Shown here: in pieces, positions 1-64,000 of the stretch
Numbering within the stretch: the stretch's first letter is position 1
Layout: each line of letters opens with the position of its first letter
Assembly (NCBI RefSeq): GCF_009914755.1
Contig: NC_060931.1
Origin: the human T2T-CHM13v2.0 reference genome, Homo sapiens
Reading direction: 5' to 3' (one strand)
DNA: 64,000 nt
Translations under genes and position numbers: made by a program
The notes under the pieces: model-generated
What the model saw: only the letters and a program-made list of their open reading frames with translations
Database searches by the model: none
What the model was told of the DNA's origin: nothing

Positions 1-105
1 TACTTACCTCTTTACAGGTCCTATCTCTAAATAGTCATCTTCTAAGGTAATGGAGTTAGGACTTCAACATATGAATTTGGGGAGGGCATAATTCAGCCCA
101 TAACA
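1..105. mobile_element. MLT1-type MaLR LTR fragment
   Basis: ...gttaggacttcaacatatgaatttggggagggcataattcagcccataaca, a typical MLT1 terminus. Confidence 0.75.
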
Positions 106-560
106 CTTGTGGTAACATACTCTTATTAATTTTCCTTTTAGGAAAGAACTAGCTTGTGAGAACTAGTAATATTATCGTTGAAGAATGCATTATCAAGCAA
201 AATAGAGAAGAAAGCTGCAAAATAGATGGGAGACACAAGTGGATCCTGCCTTGCGGGGAGGATAGAAGAAAGGACCCTGTAGTGACACTGAATTAATAAG
301 CTAGCCAAAGATGTGGGTATTCAGACACACAACAGATGGGCATAGGATCTGCGTATAAAAATAACAGAGTGTGAGAGTAACTGATAAACCTGCTGTTTCT
401 AGGGGGATTTAGATATGCTTACAGTGGAAAGAGGCCTTAGAGAACAACTTGGCAGCTCAGAGTTCTGTCTGCAGCAACCTGACACATGGTCACCAGCCTT
501 GGCTCAGAGCAGGGCTCCAGGGGGCACACCCATCTGTAGATGGACATCTCCAAATGTTAG

Positions 561-860
<300 letters not shown>

Positions 861-1307
861 GATTTTAGGAAGTTGTTTTATGTTAAACCTTTGATGCTAC
901 AACTTTCATTGATTAACCTCAGCAACTGGACTTCTGAAACTATGTGAAAAAATGCTATCTTCACTTTCCCCTTTGCATGCGACAAACTTCTAACCCTTGC
1001 ACATTTAATGTCCTCAGTTTTCATGTTTTTGAAATCATGTACTATCCAATTCCTCCACTAGTTTCTTAAATTTTAAGATTTCAAATTTGATCACTCTCCT
1101 AACGACTCCTGTCTGCTTTGTCAAAATCCTTGTTTTAAAAAAATGCCCTAAGCAAAGTGTTCTCAGATGCAGAATGGAGAATGCTACTTTCTGTGAATAG
1201 GACGAATAGCCCATTAAAATGCTGCATTCAATTTTCATTTTTAGGAGTCACTGATGGTCCATATTTGTAGTCAAGTAACAGAAACCAGGCTGATTATTAA
1301 TGGATTG

Positions 1308-1740
1308 CTGTATTAGTTACCTACTGCTGCATAACAAATTGTGCCCCCCAACTCCCAAATTTAGCAACTTCAAACATTTATCTCACACAGTTCAGAAGAT
1401 GATCAGAAATCCAGGAATGGCGTAGGTGGGTGGTTCTAGCTCACAGCCTATCATGAGGATATAGTCAAGGTTTTGGCTGGGATTCCTGACTCTGAGGATT
1501 TGACAGTAACAGGAGGATCACTTCCAGGTTCACTCATATGGCTCTTGGCAGGGTGCTTCCATTGTTCACCAAATGGGTCTCTTCATTCACAACATGGCTT
1601 CTTTCAGACGGCATGATATCAAGCTGCTGTCTCATTACCTAATCTTGGAAGGGATGTTCTGTCCATTCTGCCATATTCTTTTGGTCACACAAACCAACCC
1701 TGGTAGAGGTGGGGATCAGGGGACCATCTTGGATGCTGAC
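1308..1740. mobile_element. MLT1-type MaLR LTR
   Basis: Starts tgtattagttacctactgctgcataacaaatt; internal MLT1-like motifs. Confidence 0.7.
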
Positions 1741-1754
1741 ATTTGTGAAGCATT

Positions 1755-1960
1755 TGCTACGTGCTAGTTACTCTTCCTGTGCTAGCACTAGCTAAGCATT
1801 TTGCATGCATCGTCTCACCTAATGCTGTTGACATCCTTCCAAGTAGATGTTATTATCATCACCCCATTTACATGAGGCAAGCAAAGCTTAGAAATGTTAA
1901 GTAAATTGTTGCTTAGTAAGTGATAGAGCAGAGATTAAAACTTAGATCTAACTTCAGAGG
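1755..1960 (-). mobile_element. MIR
   Basis: ttattatcatcaccccatttacatgaggcaagc...agaaatgttaagtaa, MIR core. Confidence 0.65.
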
Positions 1961-2818
1961 AAAATGCTCCAGTTTTCTTACCCAAGGCCTCTTTTCATTT
2001 GGACCACTAACCGAGTCTCTCCTGACTCATCCTTGTATGAATAATTTTTTTGAGTATAATTGCAGGATTTTGCATTTCATCTCTATTAATTGTGCCATAA
2101 TTATTAAAAAATTACACAGTAATTTTCATTCTTGAGTCTGTCATTTGTGAGTTCCTTTCACCCTTACTTGTCTCATCTACAAAGTCTCTTATTTTCACAC
2201 AGAACACGATGTAAATGGATCATAAACCAGGAGGCATAGATGTGTCTATAAAACCAAACACACTAAGATTAGAATAAAATCCTAGTGACAAAATGTATGC
2301 AGTTTCTAAACTGAAATGATTTGCCCTCTTTAGCCAGATTTTGTCAACAGAGATAGAAATGTGTAATTTGATGTAGCTGAGTTCACCCAGTCTTTTGAAT
2401 CCATCTAAAACGGGCTCAATGCCTTTCTCCACTGGTCTTTGGGAAGACTAGTCTCTTGACATTTCTGCAAATTTTAGGGTTTTTACATTCTTCTTGTCTC
2501 TTGTGGGCCTAAATTCCTGTTTCCATTCGACTCCAGATCCTGCCTCCTGCTGTTCACTTCTTTCTACTCCTCAGGGTCCCAGATGTGGGACACAGCTAAT
2601 CAGTTTTCCCTAAAAACTACTCAGAGATGACATCGTTTTTATACCAAACTTTACTGAACATTTGAGGAAGATGGAAGGGTTTAGCAGCAATGCAACATAA
2701 AATGGAATATTAGCCTTTCCTTTCTTAAAATGCCCTTTGATTGCTCAGGTTGCTTGATTGACTCTTTCCCTAAAACCCTCACCTCTCAATTCTCCTCACT
2801 TTAGAAAGCTTCACTCTT

Positions 2819-3124
<306 letters not shown>

Positions 3125-3509
3125 AGAAAGCTTCACTCTTAATCCTCTATGGAACTCTAGGCTAATTCCTGCCTATCTAAAGATTCAATAATTTGCTCTG
3201 CTTAGGAGCAAGGAATTTGAGGAGGCTTTGAAGTTTTAGTGTTTCCTCTTCCTCTTCAGCCTCCATTCTGTTGAGCCACCAGTCTTTATAAGTGGAAGTG
3301 TGTAGTATAAATATTTCTTTTTTCCTCTGATATGACTTACATAATTTCCCTGAGAAGGCAGAACCAGTTTGGCTTTAAGTAACATTATTTTCCTCATTCT
3401 GTTACATGCAGTATTGCATCAATAGAACTACGCAGTGGAGACTGGATGAGATACTTCTTAGGTTGCCAGGAACAGTCATGGTTTCACTAGTTTGCTTGGA
3501 GTCATTTAT

Positions 3510-3515
<6 letters not shown>

Positions 3516-3565
<50 letters not shown>

Positions 3566-3602
3566 ATGTATATATATATATGTATGTATGTATATGTATG
3601 TA

Positions 3603-3673
<71 letters not shown>
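3516..3673. repeat. Compound microsatellite (TA)n-(TATG)n-(TG)n-(TA)n
   Basis: Seen directly; abuts a partial Alu. Confidence 0.97.
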
Positions 3674-3677
<4 letters not shown>

Positions 3678-3796
3678 AGAGATGGGGTTTCTCCATGTTG
3701 CCCAAGCTGGTTTCAAACTCCTGAGTTCAAGCAATCCTCTCACCCCAGCCTCCCAAAGTGCTGGGACTACAGGCATGAGCCATCGTACCAGGCCTG
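3674..3796 (-). mobile_element. Alu left monomer (FLAM/AluJ)
   Basis: agagatggggtttctccatgttgcccaagctgg...cctcccaaagtgctggga. Confidence 0.85.
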
Positions 3797-3996
3797 GAGT
3801 CATTTTTAATAATGCCCTTTATACTCTCAAAGTACTCTGATTTGGATCACAAATTATATAATCACTCTACTCAAAGAGGAGTTGATGGAATTTTGAAAAT
3901 ATGTCACTGACATGTCAATATCAAAGCAAAAAAGATTGAGGCTATCTGGAATAACTGGGGCAAAAAGATTAATTTTGGAAAAAAGTGTTTTAACTT

Positions 3997-4086
3997 CTAT
4001 TAGTCCATTCTCACACGGCTGATAAAAACATACCCAAGACCGGGCAATTTACAAAAAAAAAAAAAAAAAGAGGTTTAATGGACTCT
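3997..4086 (-). mobile_element. Truncated THE1/MST LTR end
   Basis: tattagtccattctcacac..gctgataaaaacatacccaagac..gggcaatttac..agaggtttaatggactc. Confidence 0.8.
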
Positions 4087-5629
4087 TGGGCATGGTGAGG
4101 AAGCAATAAAGATCAACTTGCGTGGCAAAGTCTGCATTTTCCACCATCAGAGCCATGAGGTAGTTCATCAAGTTTTCCCAGCCCAGACAGAGGTGTGGCA
4201 GGGGCTTGTCAGAAGCAGCAGGGTTACCGCAAGGACTGATGACCACAGCTGGCTGGGACTGAAGACATCCTAGAAATGATGGCAGCAGATGAAGATGCTG
4301 GCAAAGGCCGGTGGGATGATGGCATTCCAGCCAATGCCGGCCTGGACAGAGCTCCACTGAGGACCACCTGCCTCCTTCTAATTGATTCTGGGGCACAAGG
4401 AGACCATTCCTGCCACAACACCCAAACTTCAAGGCAACCTAGAAGAGAAGGGGGTGCCTAAACTAATCAAGAAAAGCCTCATTTAGCTGAGTTTACTATG
4501 AACTAAATTAAGTTTATGCCACTAGGTAGAATGTGAACTCAAGAGAAAACTTAAAAACCTATTCATTTGTAGACCTGAGTTTGTGGACTAAGATTATACT
4601 TGCTTCACAGACAACTGCAATGCAGTGTGACAAGGCAGATTGGTCCCTAGGTACTATATGAGGACAAGTGAGAGGTCTCCTACCCAGTCTGAGGATGTCA
4701 GGGTGAGCAAGGAGTCCCGTCTGAGCAGAGTATTGGAGGATGAAGGCTAGCTGCAGTACAGGGGTGAAGGGAACCACAAGTATACTCACAATGGCCAGAG
4801 TTCAGGGAGAGAAAAAGGGAGGCAGCGAAGTTAAATGCAATGGGTTGCTTAAGCCAAGCCAAAGACTGCAAGCCCTTTCACACACGGGGCACAAAGACTC
4901 CCATGGGACTGGAGAAGGGGAATGGCATGACTTTGTTTTCATTAAGAACCACGATTCTGGGTAAACGTAAAGAAAGGTCTGGAGAGTGGCCAACTCTGGA
5001 GACCTGCTTTTGCAGGCTGAGTTTCTCATTCTCGCTCCTGTCTTATCTTTACTATGAATGTTGCATTGATCCTAATGACTCCAAAACCTGTGCTGCATGA
5101 GAAAAGAAGGAACTTCATTCCAGATTTCATAAATCAGCATTTAGCTAAGAGCGCCAGGAATGGGTTACAGTTTAGTACCAAAATTGGTGGTTTTAGTAGC
5201 CTGTGTCCTGATAATAGAAACCAGAATGAACCGATGTAGTATTTAGCACATAGAAATGTCTCCCACACACATATGTATACACACGATTTAATGTTACTGA
5301 GAAAGGGCTTTAGGAGAAACTGAGTAACGTGTACACTTTTATTTACCAATGTTTACTTAAAAGTGACAACTGACACTGCTATGTGCAGCCCATGATCTGA
5401 TGGTGGTGGGGCAGTGATTCCCTGGGCAGCCCAGTTCTGTGGGGTGGCTTTGTGAATTGCCTGAAAGCTCCCTTATTGTTTCTTTGATTCCCATCAATGA
5501 TTTTGTAAGCCATTTAACACTTTGTAATAAATCCCTTCTATTCTAAGAGTGGATTTTGCTTTCTATCCACTGACCAAAACAGCTCAAATAAGTATGTTTT
5601 AACAACAAAAAAATCAAATATGCACCAGT

Positions 5630-5870
5630 TAAGATCAGGCACTCTGAAGGCAACTGCATGGGTTTGAATTTCAGCTAGGTGTTCCACTATCAGCTACCTG
5701 ACCCTGGACAAGTTACTTAACCTTTACGTGCTTCAGTTTCTTCATCCATAAAATGACGATGATGGTAATAACACCAATTTCATAGGGATACATTAATATA
5801 ATTAAATAGTATAAGCAAAGTGCTTCTAATAATTCCTAACACATAGTAATTACTCAATGCATGTTTGGTT
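5630..5870 (+). mobile_element. MIR
   Basis: gaccctggacaagttacttaacctt...cagtttcttcatccataaaatg. Confidence 0.75.
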
Positions 5871-5885
5871 TTTAATATTAAAATA

Positions 5886-6312
5886 CAGTAGAACCTTGAA
5901 CAATGTGGGGGATGAGGTGCTGACACCCCATGCAGTCAAAAATCCATGTATAATTCCCCCAAAACCTAACTACTAATAGACTACTGTGGACTGGAAGCCT
6001 TACTGGTGACATAAATAGACCATTAACACATATTTTATATTTTATTTATATTATATGCTATATTCTTATAATAAAGCAAGCTAAAGAAAATAGTAAGAAA
6101 ATCATAAGGAAAAGAAAATATATTTACTACTCATTAAGTAGAAGTGGATCATCATAAGTGTTTCATCTCTGTCGTCTTCATACTGAGTAGGCTGAGAAGG
6201 AGGAGGAAGGGGAGGGTCTGGTCTTGCCGTCTCAAGGGTGGCAGAGGCAGAAGAAAATCCATGTATAAGTGGATCCTTGCAGTTCCAACCTGTGTTGTTC
6301 AAGGGTCAACTA
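5886..6312. mobile_element. Tigger3/MER7-family non-autonomous DNA transposon
   Basis: TIRs cagtagaaccttgaacaa ... ttgttcaagggtcaacta, flanked by TA. Confidence 0.8.
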
Positions 6313-6497
6313 TATATAGCTTTACATTGTAACAACAGCAAAATGAACTACAAATCTGTTGGAAACTTCTCAAAAATTCTCAAGGATGAACATAATTAAA
6401 CCAGTATGAAATCCCTTTGGCTAAAAACAAAAGCAAACTAAAGTACTCCAAAATAATTTTGCACCTGGCTGTTTTACACTTCAAGAATAGCTTTCTT

Positions 6498-6891
<394 letters not shown>

Positions 6892-7652
6892 CTATATTTT
6901 AAATTGGGCTAGTCACACATGAAAAATAATTGACTAACACTTGGATTATTTTGCCATATTTAAGCCCTTATAGGTTGATGAAAAGTAAAAAGGATTGAAT
7001 ATCCTTTAATAAATCACCCAATACTGTTTATTCAAAAGAAAAGTCATTCTAAGGAACGAAAGCTAGTGTTTTTTATTAACGATAAAATCTATATTGTTCA
7101 GGAATTTTCCAGTGTGTTACAGCAATTTCTGAAATGATAAACGAACATATTTTATTATTTTCCTTTTAAATCAGTTACTTAAAAATGAAGACTGTTTAAT
7201 TATTTTCTCCTTTTCTATAAGTAGGATTTTCTTTATGTCCAAATAGGACTTGGTAACTAGGATAATTTACCCCTGAAGCAAAATGACTTCACTGAAATTA
7301 GCAAATCCTATTGATGATCTTAAAGTAAACTTTTCTGGAAATGAGCTTGCTCAAATCATAAGTGAGGATTAATGTAAATGTAATAAACTGAATCTGTAAA
7401 TTGGTAATGTTGAAAAGAAAAAACAATTGGGTAAGAACAAAACTGAAAACTAGCAGTGTAGCAGAAAGCACACTAGTCTTGGGATAAGGAAATGCTGAGA
7501 AGGCTGAGGGGTACATTCAATAATAACAAAGAGCCTTCCAGTTCTAAGTATTTGTGACTAACAACAACAAAAAAATCTGTTGTTTGCTAGAGAATTCTTA
7601 ACTCTAATGTGAAGATATGTTCTGTGCATTTCCTTTGAACTTGGCCCTATGA

Positions 7653-7970
<318 letters not shown>

Positions 7971-8650
7971 GGCCCTGTAATTTCTTAAAGGGATCAGAAG
8001 CCCTGCTCTGAAGTTAGGCAGTCACCTCTGTGACCTCAACAACATCTCTACATTTTGCTTTCTTCATCTGTAAACCTAGGTTTATCAGATCTTCTTCCTG
8101 GCGACGCTGTGACAATTAAATGAACTGCTGCTCATGGGAATGGCTGGGTGACTTCGGTAGCTGGCATGCTGTCAGTACTCACTAGCACCCTGTCCTTTCC
8201 CCAAAAAGAAGGAAGCAGAAAGCTGTATTTGTTCCCATTTATGGGACTAAGAGATCAGGAACAATAAGGATGTGTTTTGCGCACTTTTACACTCATTAGA
8301 GGATGACCATATATCCCAAGGAAGATGAAGCCAATAACTGTAAGACACAATTACAAGTTTGACTTTTCTCCCTCTATGATATGCTCTGTTCCATGAGGGC
8401 AATGGAGGCACCAGAGAAGGCAAGAGGAAACATCATTAGTCCGTCCTTCAGCATCAGGTGGTCCCACTGCTCCTGAGGCACCCTCAGTTTTCAGGGTCAC
8501 TGGTTTCCTCCCTCCTGGCAAACTCTAGCCACAAGCGCTCAGACTCGAAGGTGTTGAACTCTCTTTTCTTCCTTACAAGGGTGCCAGAATTCTTAACTGC
8601 ATTTGTTTATCCCAGTAAAAGTGAGTCCTTCACAATGAGAAGAGCTAACA

Positions 8651-8656
8651 TTTATT
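8651..8656 (-). terminator. Candidate proximal poly(A) signal AATAAA within an L2-like 3' end
   Basis: Transcript strand reads gcatttgttgattgAATAAAtgttag. Confidence 0.35.
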
Positions 8657-9324
8657 CAATCAACAAATGCTGAGTGTCCGCCATGGCCAGATACTCTTTG
8701 ACAGTCGTCACAGCACACAGAACATGTGATTAGTAAACATAATGGTGCAGGACATCAGCCTGCTAATGTTATTCCCAGGTGTCATCAAATGAGTGACAAT
8801 TTGTACAATGTTTCATTAAATGCCTATTTAGAGGATAACCATAGTTGATGACACAGAAAAAAGCCAAACCCAGAATGCAAGAATCGTAGCCAGCAGAGCA
8901 CGTGGAAACAACGTCCAAGTTGCAGGTAGCAGCTTGCAGGATAACCACAGTTGGCGACGCTTTCAGGCAGCTGGGAGAATTCTCAGTTGTCCATTTTATG
9001 GTTAACTGGTTTTACTAAGGTCTAAAAAATTCATTTCTAACTCCTAGACTTATGTTTCCATTACTATATAAAGAATGAGCCAAACAAATAAATAACAAAA
9101 TATTCACTATGGACCCCAAAATTTCAAGGCATGAAGAGAGCCCCAAATTCTCTGTGAACTGCAAAGAGAAACCATTAGTACAGGAATAGATGAAGAAATT
9201 GTTTTTGAGTATAATATAAACATAAACAAATCTCTTAACAGCACGAGTGTCAACAAATGCTTTTGTTGTTGCAAAAACAGTCTCAAAAAGAGTGGTGACA
9301 AGGAGACTGACAAGGAGAAATGAG

Positions 9325-59833
<50,509 letters not shown>

Positions 59834-62800
59834 CTGCAAACAAAAGGGATACAGGAGTCATCATCAACAGGGGCAAACAGCAGCACACATCTGGAGGGAC
59901 ACAATGACTGTGAATGCTAGTGGACCCCTTTTTAAAAGCTAACATAAAGGGGACACCGTTGAACATACTTTCATAACTCAGCACTGCAAGTGCTTCACAA
60001 CGATCAATCCTGGAAACGAATATGTGGGAAAGTAGACTTGCAAATTCCCATCACAAACAAAAATGAATCCAACAATAATAGCAGCATGAATGGTCAAGGG
60101 TGACACTGTGCTTAGGTAGTTTAAAATGACATAGACTACATGAAGATGCTTTGAAACCCATAAAAAGAAATGTAAACCATTATTAGTAACAGTAATAATT
60201 TTTTAAAATTCCTGAGTTCGTTTTTCTCAATTGGGGCATTATAGTAGTACAAAGGTCACAAAGAATGTTATCTGTAATTATGAAACACTATTTTGGAGAA
60301 GAGGGATATTATTTAAAGAACTTGAAGTTAAAAAAAGATGCATAAATACAGATTACTTTATGATGAAACATCAGTATTTCTTAAGTGAAATAAAGGCTAG
60401 AGAAAAATAATAAATTTCTCTTTCCTTTAAAAAAAAAATCCATTTAAAATCAAGAAGACATATTGCATCACTTAAGAAGTATGTGACTTTAATTGCACTG
60501 GACCCCAAAGATCTGACAGAAAGCTCAGAAGTACACATATTATTATTATATGATTCTAATTATTAGCTGCTATAAAATATAAAAGATCATTGTTTTAAGA
60601 GACTGAGATTGGGAGTGGCTTGTTTCAGAGCAGAAGCTAACTGATACAGTAGTGGTATTACAGAGATCCTTCCAGAAATCATACTCTACACTTCACAGAT
60701 TCATTTGGGAGTAAACTCTTGTTCTGACCCACCACATTTTCTAAGTTTCTTCATTCAGATCATCTCCATGGTTCTGTGGTATTAGCTGCAGATTTAGTTA
60801 ACTTCCACACTCTTTTCCCAATGAGGGGACCTCAATGTATCATACTGGAACCAATACTGAATGCTGAGTAAGGAAATTTGGGTTATAACTTCCACTAAAT
60901 TGAACTTGAACAAGTCATTTTAACATTTCCCAACTATAAGAGAAAGGAATGACAGTAGAAATAAAATTCATAATACAGATGAAATACTGAATTTTCCTTT
61001 GTCCCCCTCTTTCTTTCCCTTGCAGATTACTTAGTGTTCCTTGTCTCTGCTGACCTTTAATGATCCTCCTTACGCAGCTGTTATCACAATTTAATTTTCG
61101 CACCAAAATAAAATTGTGGATGACCAAAAAGATGTAATAGTTAGCAACATAAACTTATAAAAAGATAATATTTCATCTGCTTTGTCCTCAATTAAAGTAC
61201 CATACAATGGAAGTCCAAGGGCAAGTGCTCTGGTCCCAGTTCTGCCAGGAACACATTTTTTCCTTAATCTCTGTGGGCTTGAACCAAATGTGTTTATCCA
61301 GATACTTAAGAATAGTTTTGGTAAAGTGGTAATTGTGATAAATGTTCACAAAAGAGCTTATATGGAGAACCACCTCAACCTCCACCACATGTGCAGAGAC
61401 AGTGTTTCTAGCGTAACCAGGCTGCGGAAGGTTCTAGAGAAGCTCACAGTGCTGTGCATGCACGTGGGCGGTGAAGCAGGGAGCAGGGGAGAGCCGGAAT
61501 GTACAGATGATATTAAACAGTATGGGGCCACAAAGGACCCAGTGATGAAAGAGATGGCAGTTTCACATTTTAGAAGACATATTAACAACAGGTTTTGGTT
61601 GTCATCACTCCTGAGGTTACTAATCTCTGACTGGTAGAAATGGACTTGCATTCTGTTTTACTAAATCACATTCCATTTTTGAAATGCTACACATACAGTT
61701 CCCTTACCAGCAACTTGGGTGAAGAGCAGAGAATCAGAGATTCTCACAGAAATCACAGGCTTTGCTGTGCTTGTCTGCCACAGACACCTAAGGGAAAACG
61801 TCTCCTAATCACAAAAGAAGGGGTGGGAGAAGGAGGTATTCTCCCCACTTGGGATGCCAAATAGGCTGCCTAGTCTCACTGACAGACACTGTCAGTGTTT
61901 CTCCTAAAGGTAACCAAATATACATCAAAGGCCTTGGTTCTTGAGAATGAGCTCCAAGATACAGAACAGAGAAACTACGAAATAATCCTACCCAAATCTT
62001 TCCTCCTCTACATGCCAACTCCCCAGTCCACAATAGCTTGTATGAGTAAGACAGAAAATTTCCTGTTCTCTAATTAAGAACATGATAGAAACTCCAATGT
62101 GTTCTAAAACAAAACAAAGAAAAATTGCAGGTGCACATATCTATTTCACTTCTCAATTCCAGATGTTGTAATAAACGCTTACTTGTTAAGTACTAAACCT
62201 TGCCAAATTTTGCTAATTGAGAATTAATAATTTGGACACGGACTATATGCAGTGGCTAAATCACAAGCTGACAAAAATGTTATTCATAAAGAAAAGATGT
62301 GGTACATGAAAATAATATTGTCAAGACTTCCAGACGCACAGGTAAGCAAGTAATCAACATTTGGATAAAACTGAAACTAAATTATGTCTTTCTTTTTGTT
62401 AAAGTAATTCCCTTATACCAACAAAAATCTCTTATAGAAAACAAAATTGCAATTATAGTAATACTCAGCATGATTCTCAAATTAAGAATTCCAAAATAAT
62501 GGCCATTTATCTGGTTTCGAGTACTCTCCCACTCAGCAATTCATCTCCATTAATACCCACTGGTAATGATATCATGCAAAAAAGAACTCACTTCTAATGT
62601 GAGTTGCTGATTTAGGGAAATGTCTGCAGCCATTCTGCCACAAAGTAAGACATTTTAGAATAAATGGTGGTGTCTTGTTTTTCCATTAGTCTTTACTAAT
62701 GCAGCGAAACATAATTGCTTTTAGATTTAACAAGATTCTGTTTATCTTTTATAGCGATGCTGAGTCCCAGAAGGGCTGGCTGCAGACAGTGGTGTCAAAA

Positions 62801-63764
62801 TGAACATGAAGGTATAAGGAATATTCTTCATATAGATTTAGAGAAAGAAATGTTGAATGACAATATATATTCTTGTAAAAAATGCACATAAAATATATAA
62901 AAGCTTATGGACTGACTTTGTAAAATATATTCAAGTAATTACAGACTTTATATTTCAAATTTTCAGTGGACGAATGGAAGTTTCAGTTTATTTACTTTCA
63001 CTAAAATTCTATTCTATTCCACGTAAAAATGACTCTATTAATTTAAATAAAATATTTTGTTCTCCTAAAGGAGACTCAGTTTGAATACAGGTGGCTGTCA
63101 GTTCTAATACTACAGAAGCTCATTTTCAACCTGATTATCTGGAAAAGATAAATCACAAAGAAAATAAACATAAATTCTGCTAGAGAGGAAATACATGAAA
63201 ACAGGGAGCAAAAGCTGGACAGGGTGTTTTTTTTTTTGGTTTTTGTTTTTTTTTTTTGGAGTGAAAAATGCAGGCAGAGTTCCTAAAGGTAGCCACAAAA
63301 GACAGTGGCTTTACTTCAGATCAAGGTCATCTAGAAAGCCAGCTGAGGCTCAGCTCGCGGGCCCTGCAGGGAGTGCGCTATGTTCACCTAGATGATGGCC
63401 TTATACTATGGTGGGCATTACAGCTGAGGCACAGCCTTCCTCCTCCTGATGGAGGTGGAAGGACTTCTGCATTCTGCTTTATTCAGGAGGATAAAGCATT
63501 CCTAGACATGCTAGAAATAACTCAAGAAAAAAGACAGAGATTCTAGCAGAGTAAGAAAGAGAGGTTCAAAAGGACTATATTCACAGGAAAATTCTATTCA
63601 GCAAGGTCTTCTAGATCCAGAATGAGGATGAGATGAATACGATTCTGTACACGGTCCTCATCCAAAAGGGAGGCTAGAGGCCCCTTGATTAGCTGCCCCA
63701 TGGAAATATAATGTGGGCCAAAACACAAATGACATATGTAATTTAAAATTTCCCAGTAGCCACG

Positions 63765-64000
63765 TGCTATAGCTTGGATGTGTGGCCCTGCCCAAATCTC
63801 ATGTTGAACTGTAATCCCCAGTGTTGGAGGAGGGGCCTGGTGGGAAATGATTAGATCATGGGAACGGATTTCTCATGAATGGTCATTTCTCATGACTGTT
63901 TTAGCACAATCCTCTTGGTACTGTCCTCACGACAGTGAGTTCTCACAAGATCTGGTGGTTTAGAAGTGTGTGGCATCTACCCCTGCCTCTTGCTCCTGCC
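63765..64000 (+). mobile_element. MSTB-type LTR (runs off the window), inserted in a MER3/MER33-like fragment
   Basis: tgctatagcttggatgtgtggccctgcccaaatctcatgttgaactgtaatccccagtgttggagg. Confidence 0.85.

Noticed and set aside
3402-3809. ORFs with YIYIYI runs
   Set aside because: Translation of the TA microsatellite and Alu.
61182-61637. Longest ORF in the track (151 aa, + strand)
   Set aside because: TTG start, no recognisable homology or domain, antisense within an intron; compatible with chance.

Overview
Human (primate) genomic DNA, AT-rich and repeat-dense. Most of the window (about 9.3-64 kb) is the 3' two-thirds of VPS41 (HOPS tethering complex subunit) on the minus strand. I traced 19 coding exons, all with GT-AG boundaries and consistent phases. 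They give 1781 coding nt, from VSQFETEF... through the clathrin-heavy-chain-repeat region to the C-terminal RING-H2 ...LEMKK*. Exon numbers 11-29 assume the 29-exon reference model from memory; earlier exons lie beyond the right edge. The 3'UTR and downstream region contain an inverted Alu pair, a Tigger3 MITE, a near-perfect AluYb8 and a compound TA microsatellite. Introns hold Alu, MIR, L2, L1, MaLR, MER4, MER21 and MER DNA elements. Most ORFs in the supplied track are spurious. The best leads are splicing-related: (1) intron 13 looks minor-spliceosome (U12)-like, with donor GTACCCTT, TCCTTAT at -15 and no proximal pyrimidine tract; (2) the intron 25 donor GTAAGTATCCTTT overlaps a U2 site with a perfect U12 site; (3) a unique ~160-bp, ~94% identical inverted duplication sits just upstream of exon 15; (4) a candidate 9-nt in-frame microexon; (5) a 55-nt exon-22 extension that could replace the 55-nt exon 23 in frame. 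All five are hypotheses from sequence alone.
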